64,000 bases of DNA, from the NCBI GenBank assembly GCA_964247055.1, contig OZ176055.1, forward strand, positions 7,564,001-7,628,000, written 5' to 3'. The notes under the pieces are model-generated. The model had not been told where the DNA came from and searched no databases. It saw nothing but the letters and a program-made list of their open reading frames with translations. The translations under genes and the position numbers were made by a program. The stretch comes from Paragordius varius (taxonomy: Eukaryota > Animalia > Nematomorpha). How positions within the stretch are numbered: position 1 is the first letter of the stretch; every line of letters starts with the position of its first letter. Positions 45,061-57,436 of this stretch are shown here, one piece after another.

Positions 45061-46519
45061 CCTCCTAAGATGTATTGAAAATCGTATGAAAGACACAATA
45101 TAACGGATTTTACTGTTAAATCCCTTTTTATGATTTTCAAATTCTAAAAACGAATCGTTTAGCAAACTCTAGAAAAAATTAAATTAAATTGAATTGAACG
45201 TTATAGTAACAAAATATATAAATAAAGTCATTTATGATGAGGTAATTGGGTTCACAAAAGAGATAAAATGATTAATAAGTATTGAAAAATTGCTATTGAA
45301 TCGGCTTTTGTTTATATTTCGATTTTTCAGAATATAAATAAAATTAATATTGTGTTGCAGAAAAAGTGTAAAAAGATTCACTTTTTTTATTATATATGTA
45401 TGTGAATATCTTATATAAAATATTATCAAAATCCTTCATAATTTGTTATTTTTGTAATATACTGGATGATAAATTATTTGTTATTGGTTCTTTTTTATAT
45501 TTTTTTTCAAGAGGCAGGCACCTTCCTATACCATCAATACAATAACGTATAGTTTAAAATTTATTATCGTTGTAATTAAACATTTTTCCCTTAGTTTTAA
45601 CAAAAACTTTTTATTATATTGCAAACAGATCAACATATATAGCATTCACTACTGTAATAAAGTGATTGATTTATAATCAATATCTGTTCCATGCTTTTTT
45701 TTATTAATTTTAAATATATTATATTATGTTGAATTCAAATCAGTTTTACCCTAAAAATTATTTTATTTTTTTATTTATGTGCAATACACCACAAGTTTAG
45801 CAAGAAAGTAAAATTATTTTTATACATAATACAGTAAGTATAATTTTATAAAATATTTTTATATAATATAACGAATATATTATGCAGCAAAACAGATTTT
45901 ATAAGTGGTTTAGCTAGAAAATTTATTTGCAACAAAAGTTTATGCTTTGTATACATCTTTAAAAAAATGAAATTTTATCTGTTTAATCTTTCCCCCAAAG
46001 ATACAAATATGCATTTTATTTTTATTATTCTTTTATTATTTAGGAAATATGATGTTAGTTAAAAAGCCGGGTGAGATTTGTTAGAATACTCTTTTAAGGA
46101 CATTTTAAAATTTAAAGCAGGTCTTTAAACAGATGAAAGAATGCACGCATATCCGCCAAAATTAAAATATAACACCGATTGAATATAGAATAAACAATAT
46201 ACTGAGGCAAAATAGGAATGGAGGGGATATTATTTAAATGTTTCTAACTTTTTCTATTAATTATTTTAGAAATGTCTTTTATTAAGATACATTTACGATG
46301 CAGATGATGAAGATTGATATCATATTTATTATACTGGTTAAAATAAGAGTGACGTCAGCAAACATTATGAAGATGATTAATTCAATACAGATTTCATTTT
46401 TTTAGCTGACATCAAGCTGCAAACACACAGAAGTTGAGTCCTTTAAAGGTAGCGTCATACTTTTATTCAGTAATAATGTAAAATGCCTTAAGAAAATGTG
46501 CGGCAAGTGCTTTTCTTAT

Positions 46520-47110
46520 TTTAGAAAAAGAAATAGACCGTTGAAGCTCATCGCTTGCTGTTAGAAACATATGTTGAACATCTCCGGAAAACATGTGAAA
46601 CGTGGTCGTGAAAAAATGTTATAATTTCAATGTAAAAGAGAGTGTGAGGCACAGGACCACACAACTCAAGGATGACACGTGTAAGAGTTATTAGATGACT
46701 CATTTCAAACTTAACGGCAATCATAAATATTACCTGCATCACAAATAACATTCGATTGAAGTCTAGGAGCAATGGGAAAGACCAATAAAACTGTAAATGG
46801 TTGATAAACAGTTTTAATAAAATCAAATGTAAAATAGTAATTAGACTTGTGAAATCCTGCCTCAACATATAGAATAGAATTCATTTAGGATCAAATCGGG
46901 ACGGGTGGAAAGAAGCTTAATTTTGTTTATCCATGATGAAGAAATCGTAGCATTCACCTTGTCAAGCTGGCCTATCAACACTAAGACGAAATCGGTTCGG
47001 CAAGAAGACTATGCCTTATGTCTGATGCATAGCTGTTTATGAACTTTTAAAACCCGTAAATCCTTATATTGACAGCGTTATCGCCAAGATCTGGGCAAAA
47101 AGTTTTGACT
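46520..47110 (+). pseudogene. Degenerate Mos1-like mariner transposase, third copy (N-terminal two-thirds)
   Basis: EAHRLLLETYVEH..KTCETW, ELLDDS, GAMGKTNK, TLRRNRFGKKTM, YELLKP in broken frames. Confidence 0.8.
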
Positions 47111-47384
47111 TTATGCGGGAAATGCCTAAAATTATCTATTTAGTCTCATAGGTTGAGCCACATTAAATTTATACGGTGGCGTATTTAACATTGAAGAGGG
47201 GGTCCAACTAATGTGTTAATTAATAAAAAGCGCTGTGACAACACTCTTGCCTATACTGGAAATAAAAACCATTATTGATTTTATATATTTGGGCGATATA
47301 TTGTTTAAAAACATAAAACTTGATCCATATGCATGGTTTATGAAAATAAAGTCATTTATTTTTTAATAACATATTTTACAGAAG

Positions 47385-47644
47385 TGAGATGTAAATTGTT
47401 AAAATAGAAATAATAATTAATTTATTAAAAATTTCGTGATATTTATACTTTTTTATTAATGAAAATTTTAACATGCATGTGCGTCACAATTGTAAGAATA
47501 TGTCTTTTATTCTAATATATATATATATATGAGAATTCCATGAATAATGACGCACGAACATAAACGCCAAACGCGATTAATATAATAATATGAGGTAAGA
47601 TAAATATACAATGATTCAATGTTGTAATATCAACTAACATATCA
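47385..47644 (-). repeat. 3' LTR
   Basis: Matches 52390-52683 apart from (TA)n length and roughly 5-10% scattered differences by eye; preceded on the minus strand by purine-rich GAGGATGAAGAGTA. Confidence 0.9.
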
Positions 47645-47659
47645 TACTCTTCATCCTCT

Positions 47660-50600
47660 AAAAAACGCTTAGGAGGTTTGCGGACTCGATCTGGGTAACG
47701 CCTGGGAGCCTCACTCTGCTCACCATCCGACCTCAGTTGTTGGGCATGTTTCCTCATCTCTTTCCCATCTTCATCCTTCACTTCGTACGATAACGGCCCC
47801 GTTCTTACTTCAACCGTACCCGGTCGCCATCCTCTAGATGTCTCATTTTTTATAAATACTGGCTGAGAAGGTGTAAATTCTCTTAAGGGTCTCGGTGGTG
47901 TACTTTCTTTAGGCGCTTCTTTATCTTGCAACCAATTCAACGGTGTGTTGATGTTCCTCTTCAAAAACAACGATGCGGGGGTCGTCTTTATCTCGTTATG
48001 CCATGAGTTTCGATGGGCCAATAATATAGCCTCTTGACCCTTCACGCCAGTCATCATCGTAGAAGAAATCTTAATTTCAACGTGTAAATCACTCTTTCCA
48101 CCAAACCATTTGTCCTTGGGTGGTAGGGAGCAGAGGTCACATGACTAATGTTCCAGTTTGTCATCTTTTCCCGAAAATTGAACGATTTTAAATAAGTAAC
48201 ATTATTAGATACTAGCATTCTTGGAAAACCGTAAGAGGAAAACTATTTCTCCAATTGTTTCAAAATCACATCAGATGTAATACTGCCAAGTATCTCCACC
48301 TCCACCCATCTTGAGAATAAAACCAACCAATACTTACCACACATGGGACCCGCGATGTCTACATGGAGTCTTTCCCATATTCCCACATTGAAGTTCCATT
48401 TATATACCGGATCCTCAGCAACGTTCACCCTGTTCCTCTGACAACACTGACAGTCGTGTACTAACATTTCAATGTCCTTATCCATTCTGGGCCAAAACAC
48501 CAACGACCTGGCTGTGTTTTTCATAGCAACGATCCCCGGATGTCCAACATGAAACCAAGCCAAAATTCGTCTTCGCGCAGCTGTTGGGATATCCAACCGA
48601 TCTCCAACATATGCGAAACCATCAACTTGTTTGAGATCATTCACGGCTTTGTATGCGGATAATTCCGGTGTTGACCAATCATTATTTTTAAGTGTCATAC
48701 GTAGTCGTTTTAACAGGTTATCCTCCAAACAATCTTTTTTTATTTGCGTTTTATTTAAATTTAAATCCACGAATGCGATTTGTCGGATTTTTTCGGTCAC
48801 ATATTCATCATCATTGGCTAATGGTGTCTGACTCTTTTCGGGAAGTCTTGAAAACACATCGGCCATGTTTGTCGATCCCGCAATATATTTCATATCAAAA
48901 TCATACGCGGTGGCCTTTTAGATCCATGTTAACAATTTACAGTTTTTAATATCACTTAACTTCCGATTGTTTCCGAATAAATGAACTAACGGCTTATGAT
49001 CTGACCAGACCTCACATTTCTGTCCATAAATATAATAATGGAATTTATCTAACCCAAATAGCAAAACCTGTTTCCAATTCAATTACAGAATAATTTTTCT
49101 CTGCATTCTGGCATTTTCTTGACGCGAATGCAATTGGTACCATTCTTTTATTCTCCATTTGCAGAAGTACAGCTCCAAAGCCTTTTGTAGCCACTTGTAT
49201 TATTGTTTTATTATTTGTGTTATAAGTGGCAAGTAAAGATTCTCTTGATATTAGGTTTTTTGCTTGCTTAAATTCATTTTGATGTTCTTGTGACCATCTC
49301 CATTCCTTTTTGGATCTTGTTAGTGCATGTAGATTCCTAACTTTGACATGTAAGCCAGGAATAAAACGTTCATAAAAATTGAGCAATCCCAAAAATGATT
49401 TTAACTCAGTTTTATTGGTAGGTGTTGCACATTTAGCAATGGCGTCGATTTTATCTTGTCCCGGCCGAATTCCTTGTTTTAATAACTCAAAACCCAAAAA
49501 TTTAATATTCTCCTGATACAGTTTCAATTTACCTTTTCTTAACGTAAACCCGAATTTTTGTAACCTTGTTAGGGTCTCGCTAAGATTTTTATCATGTTAA
49601 TCTTTCGTTTTACCAACAATCAAAACATCGTCGAGATAAGCCATTGTGCCCCTGCAATCTTTGAGTACCTCATCCATTACTCTCTGTAAAAGCATGGGAG
49701 AAACCAATCCAAATGGTAGGCGATTAAATTGAAAATATCCCATCGGGGTAGTAATAACTAAATATTTTTTACTTTCCACATCCACCGGAATTTGCAGGTA
49801 TGCGTCCTTTAAATCAATGGACGAGAACCATGTGGATCCTGCACATTTAGACGCGATCGTGTCAAATGTCGGGATAATCTGAGATATGTTCTCCATCAAA
49901 GAATTGATTGTTACCCGGAAATCAGCGCACACCCTAATTTCCCCATTAGTTTTTACGACGTTAACCGTAGGAGTCGCCCATTTCACGTGGTGTTGTGTAG
50001 GATCAACGGGACTCACTATTCCCAGGTCCATCAGTCTCTGCATTTCCATCTCTACTTTACTCTGTAGTGCCAATGGAATTCGCTGTGCAGCGCAGACTTT
50101 TGGTATTGCATCTGATCGCACATACAATTTGACAGGATCACCGTTGTAACAACCCAATTTCCCGTTAAAGAGTTTTGGAAATCGCTTGAATACATCATCA
50201 TGACCATTATTATTATTAGATGTTATTTGATTAACTTTCACGTTATCCAGTAAGGTCATGCCACAACCAATGATCCAAGGCAGCCCAAATATCGGAGATA
50301 GCTCTTCTTCCGTCACAAAAGATTCTAATTTCTTCGTGATATTTCCCATTGTTACATTGGCAATTGTTTTTCCCAAGAGTTTGATTGGGTTGTTTCCGTA
50401 GGAAGTTAATCTGAGAGCACTTTTTAGTGACGGTGCTCCCACCGTCTTCCAGACATTTTTATTAATGATAGAAGCAGCAGCTCCAGTATCAAAAACCATA
50501 CTGACAGCTTGGCCATTAATCGTAGCGCAAATGTTCGCTTGTGTGCCCCATTTATTATAATTAGCGTTTATATTATCACTATATCGTTTTTTATGGCGAC

Positions 50601-50730
50601 ACAATGCCTGAAAATGATTTTTTTTATTACAATTGTGGCATATTTTTCCCAACGCGGGACATTGTGTTGGTATGCGATTTACCACATTTGCCACATCTCC
50701 GCTTCCATTTATTATTATTGCCATCATCAT
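47660..50730 (-). pseudogene. pol (protease, RT, RNase H, integrase), frameshifted
   Basis: ORFs 49597-50730, 49045-49527, 48243-48893 and 47512-48057 carry successive pol motifs in different frames. Confidence 0.92.
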
Positions 50731-50765
50731 TTTTATATTCCATATTATTTCTTTTATAATTATTA

Positions 50766-51791
50766 CTAGCGTAAATCTCGTGGGGGGGGGGGGCTATTTG
50801 AAATAAGGGACAATAAGATCGACATATGTGGAATATTTCGAAATATTATTTAAATATGATTTTATAGGACTTTTAAAACGGTGCATTCATACTAATATAT
50901 TGTTTACTTGGGGGAAAAATAGATTTAAAAAATTATTTTTGTAGATTTTGTTTTTTTAAAAAAATGGCATTTTACGGGAGTAGCGGGTAAAAAGTGGGCC
51001 TAAATCAAAAAAGTGAGTCGACTATGTTTGGCGCGATCAAAAATAAGTAAACAAAAATCATATTTGAAATTAAATGGTCCAACACGTTCTCCGGAAAATT
51101 GTCGCAACCTGTTTTTTACACGGGGTAGGCCCGAACTGAAGGCTTAATTCCAAAAAAGGGCGAAGCTATTGTCGGAACATTTATTAATGATTATATTTTT
51201 TCGATATATGGATTTGATTGGGTCCACCGGTTTTCCGGAAACAGATCACAAAGCCACATGACGAATCAGTTTTTAGCGGGTAGCTCCTTACCCAGCAGCT
51301 ATCTTCAAAGAAACGCTTGACTAAAATTTTTGCCTTTTAACAGGGAATACGTAGAATCCATATTGAATTTTTTTGGTCTCATACCTTGGGCAAAAAATCG
51401 ATTAAAAAAATATTTTTGTGGACTTTGTTTTTTGAAACAGGTGGCATTTTATGGGGGAGCGGGTAAAAAGAGGGCCTAAGTTAAAAAAGCGAGACGACTA
51501 TGTTCGGCGCAATTGAAAATAACTAAATAAAAATCATATTTGAAATTGAATGGTCCAACACGTTCTCCGGATTGTCTCAAAGACACGATTTTTGTGGACT
51601 TCTGTTTTCAAAAAACCCCATTTTTCACACGGGGTGGCCCGAACTGAGGTATTTCAAAAAAAGGGCGAAGCTATTGTCGGGGCATTCATTAATGATTATA
51701 TTTTTTTGAAGTTTGGATTTGAATGGGTCTACCGGTTTTCCTGTACCAGATCACAAAGCCAGCATTTTCCATTTTTATAAAAATATATAGA
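50766..51791 (-). mobile_element. Compound Helitron inserted in gag
   Basis: A|TC at 51791, CTAG|T at 50766, G12 tract at 50782-50793, two stacked 5' segments. Its removal rejoins the gag frame (NRLNDN|NNYKRNNMEY...CGKCGKSH). Confidence 0.88.
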
Positions 51792-52378
51792 TTATCATTC
51801 AACCGATTCTTTTGAATTTTGAGGATACTGCTTGACGACACATGGGAAGCAATATCGGCCCTTGCAAGTTCCTGAGCCAAGGCCATGTCGACAATGGTGG
51901 TTAATGACACGGCCTTCCCATCACACTTCGCATCGGGGAATCGTGAATAAAGATCCACTTCCAATGATTGCAAGTTTAATCCAGCCACGAAACTGTCTCT
52001 AATTCTCTCCTCCACCTATGTTTGAAATCCAGCCTTTTCCGCCACACTCTTGACTCTTTGCAAAAATTCCGTGAATGTTTCTTCATCATTTCTCCGCAAA
52101 CGAGCAAACTCAAACCTTGCAGCGAAGACCGACTTGGCGGGTGAGAAAAATTTACCAATGTCATGAATTATGGACCACGGAGCATCATCAAATGATTCTG
52201 GAAAAATCATTGTTTCGATCTTATTAATTGTTTTAAAACCAGCTCCAGCCAAAAACAGTACTTTGATATTATCATCATTAATATCAACATTTTTGGAGAT
52301 CATAACCCTTTTGACATATCTGATGTAGGTGGCAAAATCATAAGTGTCATCGTATCCTTCAATTGAAATTTTCTCCAT
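51792..52378 (-). pseudogene. gag N-terminal part (in-frame TAG at 52016)
   Basis: MEKISIEGYDD...ARFEFARLRRNDEETFTEFLQRVKSVAEKAGF..*..EERIRDSFVAGL, typical of Mag-like capsid. Confidence 0.85.
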
Positions 52379-52387
52379 TCGTCGCCA
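52379..52387 (-). other. Primer-binding site TGGCGACGA
   Basis: 2 nt after the 5' LTR; complementary to a tRNA 3' end ...UCGUCGCCA (tRNA-Ser(GCU)-like, from recall). The gag ATG follows immediately. Confidence 0.75.
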
Positions 52388-52389
52388 AA

Positions 52390-52518
52390 TGAGATGTTAG
52401 TTTTTAAAATAGAAATAATAATTAATTTATTAAAAATTTTGTTATATTTTTACTTTTTTATTATGATAATTTTAACATGCATGTGCGTACAATTGTAAGA
52501 ATATGTCGTTTATTCTAC

Positions 52519-52573
<55 letters not shown>

Positions 52574-52683
52574 AATTCCATGAATAATGATGCACGAACA
52601 TAAACGCCAAACGCGATTAATATAATAATATGATGTAAGATAAAAATACAATGATGCAATGTTGTAATAACAACTAGATATCA
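52390..52683 (-). repeat. 5' LTR with expanded (TA)n
   Basis: Direct repeat of 47385-47644; followed by TSD AGAAG at 52684-52688. Confidence 0.9.
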
Positions 52684-52829
52684 AGAAGTTAGAGCCTTAA
52701 TTATGGGCTAACAGAAACTAGCCATTGGCTATAAATTTTCTCTCCGAATACATAAAATTTCATTTGTTATTACAAATGGCTTCAAAGCGAGGTATTATAT
52801 GGCAGCCCAGAGGGTGACGCCCTACCCAG

Positions 52830-53760
52830 GGGCTAATTGAAAAATCGCTGGACTCTTTCCTTTTTTAGTAGAAATATTTAGAAATATTATTGAATCCCTA
52901 TGATATTTGGCCTCTTCGGCCGCGATCTTAACCCGTTCTAAAAAATTGGGTAAAAAATTCAGCGTTGCTCCGCACAAGTCGAAAAAATTCAAATCTACTT
53001 TGAAATTTTGATATTGTGAATTTAAATACTTTATCTCGCTCCATGATGCATCCTTTATTTTTTTCGGATACAGTCGTAAATATATTTTAAGTACAGCCAA
53101 TAGACCACAATAGGCGAGCAAAGTTGTTTTGAGGGCTTGTTCTGTTACTGGTATCTTTCGCTTCCATAACATTTGTCAAATAATCAACGTATTCCTCAAA
53201 TTTTATATTATCATTATATTTTTCGATGCATAGGTTAGCGATATTGGCAATTGGCGTTGTCATGTTCGTTCGGATCTGGTGCCTCCACTGTTATGTTGTT
53301 CGGAATTCGATTGGCCACCAATTCAGTTAAAACGAGGAAACTAATGGATATGTTATTTACATCATAATAAAAAATATAAATATAGACTATGCAAATATTA
53401 TCATCACTAAAATTTGTATCATGCAAACAAAAAATATAATTATATTTATTTGCATAAACAACACAAGTGGAATTGTTTTTAATGTTACTTCGATTTAACT
53501 GACACGCCATACAATATCTCACAAAACTTTCAATGTCTTGATTCGTACTTGGCTATAAAACTCTCCTTGCAGCCTCTTTTATTATATTCGCTCAAGAATA
53601 TCCAATAATAAACTTTAGCGTTTCCTTGCGCAAAGCCCTGGGAATAATACGATCAGCCCAATACAGCCTCACATTGATTTTCGTTTCTTATGCTCTATAT
53701 CAAGGATGTCCACTGGGCTGTTTTCGGTGCGAAAAAGCGCTCTAATGAATGTTTAAAATA
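52830..53760 (-). pseudogene. Relic of a second Mag-like retroelement (integrase Zn-binding fragment and gag fragment)
   Basis: LYWADRIIPRALRKETLK...NQDIESFVRYCMACQLNR (about 53680-53480). LLAYCG..LYPKKIKDASWSEI..FLERVKIAAEEAKY (53170-52890) aligns by eye with the neighbouring gag. Confidence 0.7.
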
Positions 53761-53883
53761 AGAAATTGGATCTCAATCAAAAATTTACGATTATTTAGAT
53801 ATCATCCGAAATTGGGCTCAAAATAAATAAAAAAAAACAAAAATTATCAAAGCAGCCCTGAAGATATTTGTGGACACCGTTGC

Positions 53884-53884
<1 letters not shown>

Positions 53885-53916
<32 letters not shown>
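53885..53916. repeat. (TA)n microsatellite
   Basis: Direct reading. Confidence 0.9.
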
Positions 53917-53921
<5 letters not shown>

Positions 53922-55960
53922 TGGAGCTAGGTAACGTATTTTTATCCGCTTTATGTTTGCGCCATCCATTGTTAGAAAAGGGATCTGCATACTGGGTGTT
54001 TGATTCTCAATTTCTTCTCCGGTTCTTCATACGGTAAGCGCGATAAATAATTTAAATTATCCGAATCATTATGTATATTAAAATTATAATCAAATTATCT
54101 AGGTAACTAATAATCTTCTACTCTTAATATTACTCAGATCTCTTTTATAGCCAAACAACTTGATTAGTGTGTTAGAGTCGATTAGAAATTTTTTGACATA
54201 CCAAATATTTAAAACACATTTTTAATGCACATACTACCCTGGCTTCCCATGACTGAGATATGTTTTGCCTTATCACATTATCGCGACGCAAAAGCTATCG
54301 GCCGTTTTCCATAACTTGTCATATGTGATAAGGGTGAAATTATTTTTTCGATGCATCTTCTTCCATCACCAATGAAAGGTTTAGGTAACCGGTATTAAAC
54401 TTATCGACTAACATCTATAACAAATCCTGTCTTCTTTTGTCGGCCAACACCATTTTTTTGATCCTGTTAATAGTATTAGCCTTAAGCGCTCTAAGTAGAT
54501 GTTTTGGCATATTATGAGTATTAAAAAATTGAATAATGCATTCTGGTAGAAAACTACAAAAAATAAATAATACATATTTAAGAGGGCGCTAAACACAATA
54601 ACAATTTTTTACCAAATCATTTACTATCTATTAAATGCTGAAGGTTTGAAACACTTTAAGACCACAAATTTATAATTTTTCTAATAAAGTCTATCTCAAA
54701 ATATGAAACTTTCCATAGATCTATCAACAATCGAATGCAGGCGCAGCATTTTGAAAATATTTACCTTGCGTTGAAAATCGGGGGTAGGAAAAATCCTGAT
54801 GAAATAATATTCTAATAGATAAACATATCCGGATTAACATGGTGGTTTTAATTTAGGCCATACGAGTGATAAAAGAGGTTAATTGCACCTTAATATTTTA
54901 ACGATATAGGGAAATCGCAAAATTAGCTCACATATCAAATAAAATATTTTAGGAATGTATCAGAAATTAGACTAAAAACCACATTTAAAAAGCAATATTA
55001 TATTAAATTTGAAATTTTAGATGTAGGGTCCGAACGTTTTTGGACATTTGTAGTATTTTTAAGCATAATAAAAATAATATTAAAATACTTGATACTTTAA
55101 ATAAAATTGGGGTAACTAGTCACTTCTGACTATATTTAAATTGATTATTAAAAAACTACTGAAAGCGACGGGTTTAGTTCAAGTTTAATCCCCTATCTTA
55201 ATGAAATTATATAAATGAGCCGAAGTATATAAGTTAAATTTAGTTTTTGAAAAAAGCTCCATATGAAACTACTTCGACACCATTTTTTAAGGATTTTCGC
55301 GAAATATCGTGTTTTAGTATTGACGCTAAAATTAAACTTAATTTTTAGTATCACATCTAACAATAATATAAAAGGAAAAAGTGGTTAATTTTAAATTATA
55401 TTATAACATGTCATGTTGGCAAATTTTTACTTTTGGGTTATATAATAAATGCATTGGAGGAAATCTTTAATATTTCGGTGCACCAATGTTATATAAGTGC
55501 AAAGTTTTCCAATGGATTTATTAAATATTTTTTAAAAATATGATTTCAAACAGGTTTGGGGCGCTAGACCCCAATTTGAATCGATGGACATGTGTTGTAT
55601 ACAAGTGTTTGTATTATAAAAGCAATTTATATATAACTCGATCAAGTACATCATTTCTATTACGTTATTTAATTCAAAAGTTAGTTTACTTTCAAATATG
55701 GGTAATATTTTAAAAAGCATTATCTATATTCTTAAATTTGGAGGCAATTAACCTTCTAATTTTTAGTAGATATATGTTTAGCGCCATTAAAACTTTTAGA
55801 AAAGTGTAATATCTCAAATATCTTTTTACGCCCTCTCTACCATACTTCATAATGAAGTACGTACGGTTCCACAAAATTCTGCCAAATCTATTTTTAAAAA
55901 AATATCCTTTTTTTATAAATTACATCCTTTAACATTTGGATAAAACACATTCATTTTAGT

Positions 55961-56511
55961 CCTTCGATTCAAATTGGGGTAGTTAAATACCCCAGGTGAG
56001 TTTAAAATTTAACTCTTTAAAAAATATGGAATGAATCGAAACCATGGCAAAATCTTGCACTTATATAACATTAATATTAAATATATAAAAATATTTATTC
56101 AAAAATACTTAATATTACTTATTTTAAGCTAAAACCGAAAGGTAAAAATTAAGTCAACGTGACATGCGTGCAATGGTAAAATTGAAAAATAGTTCAAAAT
56201 AAACAGCTTTTTCTAGTTCTATCAATGTTAGATGTAATATTAATTAAAAAATTAGCTTTAATTTTAACGTTAAAATTAAATTAACACCATATTTTGCAAA
56301 TTTTTTTAAAATAAAAATGGCGTCTCCAAGTAGTTTGACATGGAACTTTTTTTTCATAACAAAATTTTATTTAGATATTGTAGCATATTTATATAATATT
56401 TATTAGGATGGAGGCATAAATTTAAATTGGGGCCGTTTCCTTTAGTAATTTTTTAAAAATCCTAACTCAAATTTAGTCTGGGGAATTTAGATACCCCAAT
56501 TTGAATCGAAG
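55961..56511. mobile_element. MITE family C, complete copy
   Basis: CTTCGATTCAAATTGGGGTAGTTAAATACCCCAG ... CTGGGGAATTTAGATACCCCAATTTGAATCGAAG inverted termini; target duplication unclear. Confidence 0.8.
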
Positions 56512-56840
56512 TGTTAATGTCACATATATATTAAAAATTGTTTAGGAGCAATCTCGCCATTTTTGCGCGTAAATTAAGAACACTAGCCTATTTTATAAGG
56601 TCAAACAATTTGTGACTTGCGGTTATTTTATTTTCATTATGACTCTTGATTCATTTTTATATTTTATTATAAAATTTAATAATTTTTTTGAATGAAGCAT
56701 GAGCTTTATCAAAAAATATTTGATATAATGACCTCTAATTTTGCGATTTTTTTGATGTCAAGCGATTACCACAAAAATTACTTTATTGAATCAATTAACA
56801 CTTGGATACAACACATTCATTTTTGTTATTCAGTTTTAAA

Positions 56841-57338
56841 TGGAGTTGATAAATACCCAGGCTAGTTTAAAATTGAATTCTTTAAAAAATATGGAAGGAA
56901 TCTAAACCATGGCAAAAGTTTACACTTAATTTACATTAATAAGTTTAAATATATAAAAAATTTTATTCAAAAATACTTGATTACTTATTTTAAGAACCGA
57001 AAGGTAAAAATTTAATCGTTACATGTAAGTGTTAAAATTTAAAAATATTACAAATAAACCACTTTTTCAATTTCTATTAATGTTAGATGTAATTAATAAA
57101 AAAATAGCCTTAATTTTACCCTTAAAATTAAATGAAGACGATACTTCGCAAAATAAAAATGGCGTCGAAGTAGTTTGACATGAAACTTTTTTTTAAAAAC
57201 ATAAGTTTATTTAGATATTTTGGCATATTTACATTATTTTTTTTAGGATAGTAGCATAAATTTAATTGGACCGTTTCCTTCGGTATTTTTAAAAAAATCC
57301 TAACTCAAATTTAGTCTGGTGTATTTAGATACCCTAAA
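56841..57338. mobile_element. MITE family C, end-eroded copy
   Basis: Interior colinear with 55985-56500 (AAAAAATATGGAA, CCATGGCAAAA, AAAATGGCGTC, CCGTTTCCTT, AATTTAGTCTGG); ends about 100 bp upstream of the TMEM87-like ATG. Confidence 0.75.
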
Positions 57339-57436
57339 TTTTCCGGCAGAATATATATTCAGAATATTTTTTGGGACTATTGTGATCGAAGTTACTTATA
57401 TATATAATCAGCATAATGTAATTCACGCGCAAATCC

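Larger units (their letters stand above)
47385..52683 (-). mobile_element. Ty3/Gypsy LTR retrotransposon, Mag-like, degenerate
   Basis: Direct-repeat LTRs 47385-47644 and 52390-52683, both TG...CA, with a 5-bp TSD AGAAG. PBS TGGCGACGA follows the 5' LTR and a PPT precedes the 3' LTR. Order is gag (two CCHC knuckles) - PR (FDTGA) - RT (YLDDV) - RNase H - IN (HxGH..CQCC, LHVDIAGP, GPLSY). Stops and frameshifts are present. Confidence 0.93.

Noticed and set aside
53900-55900. Possible additional gene between the retroelements and TMEM87
   Set aside because: Only short AT-rich ORFs and eroded repeat fragments; no recognisable protein motif or coherent exon chain.
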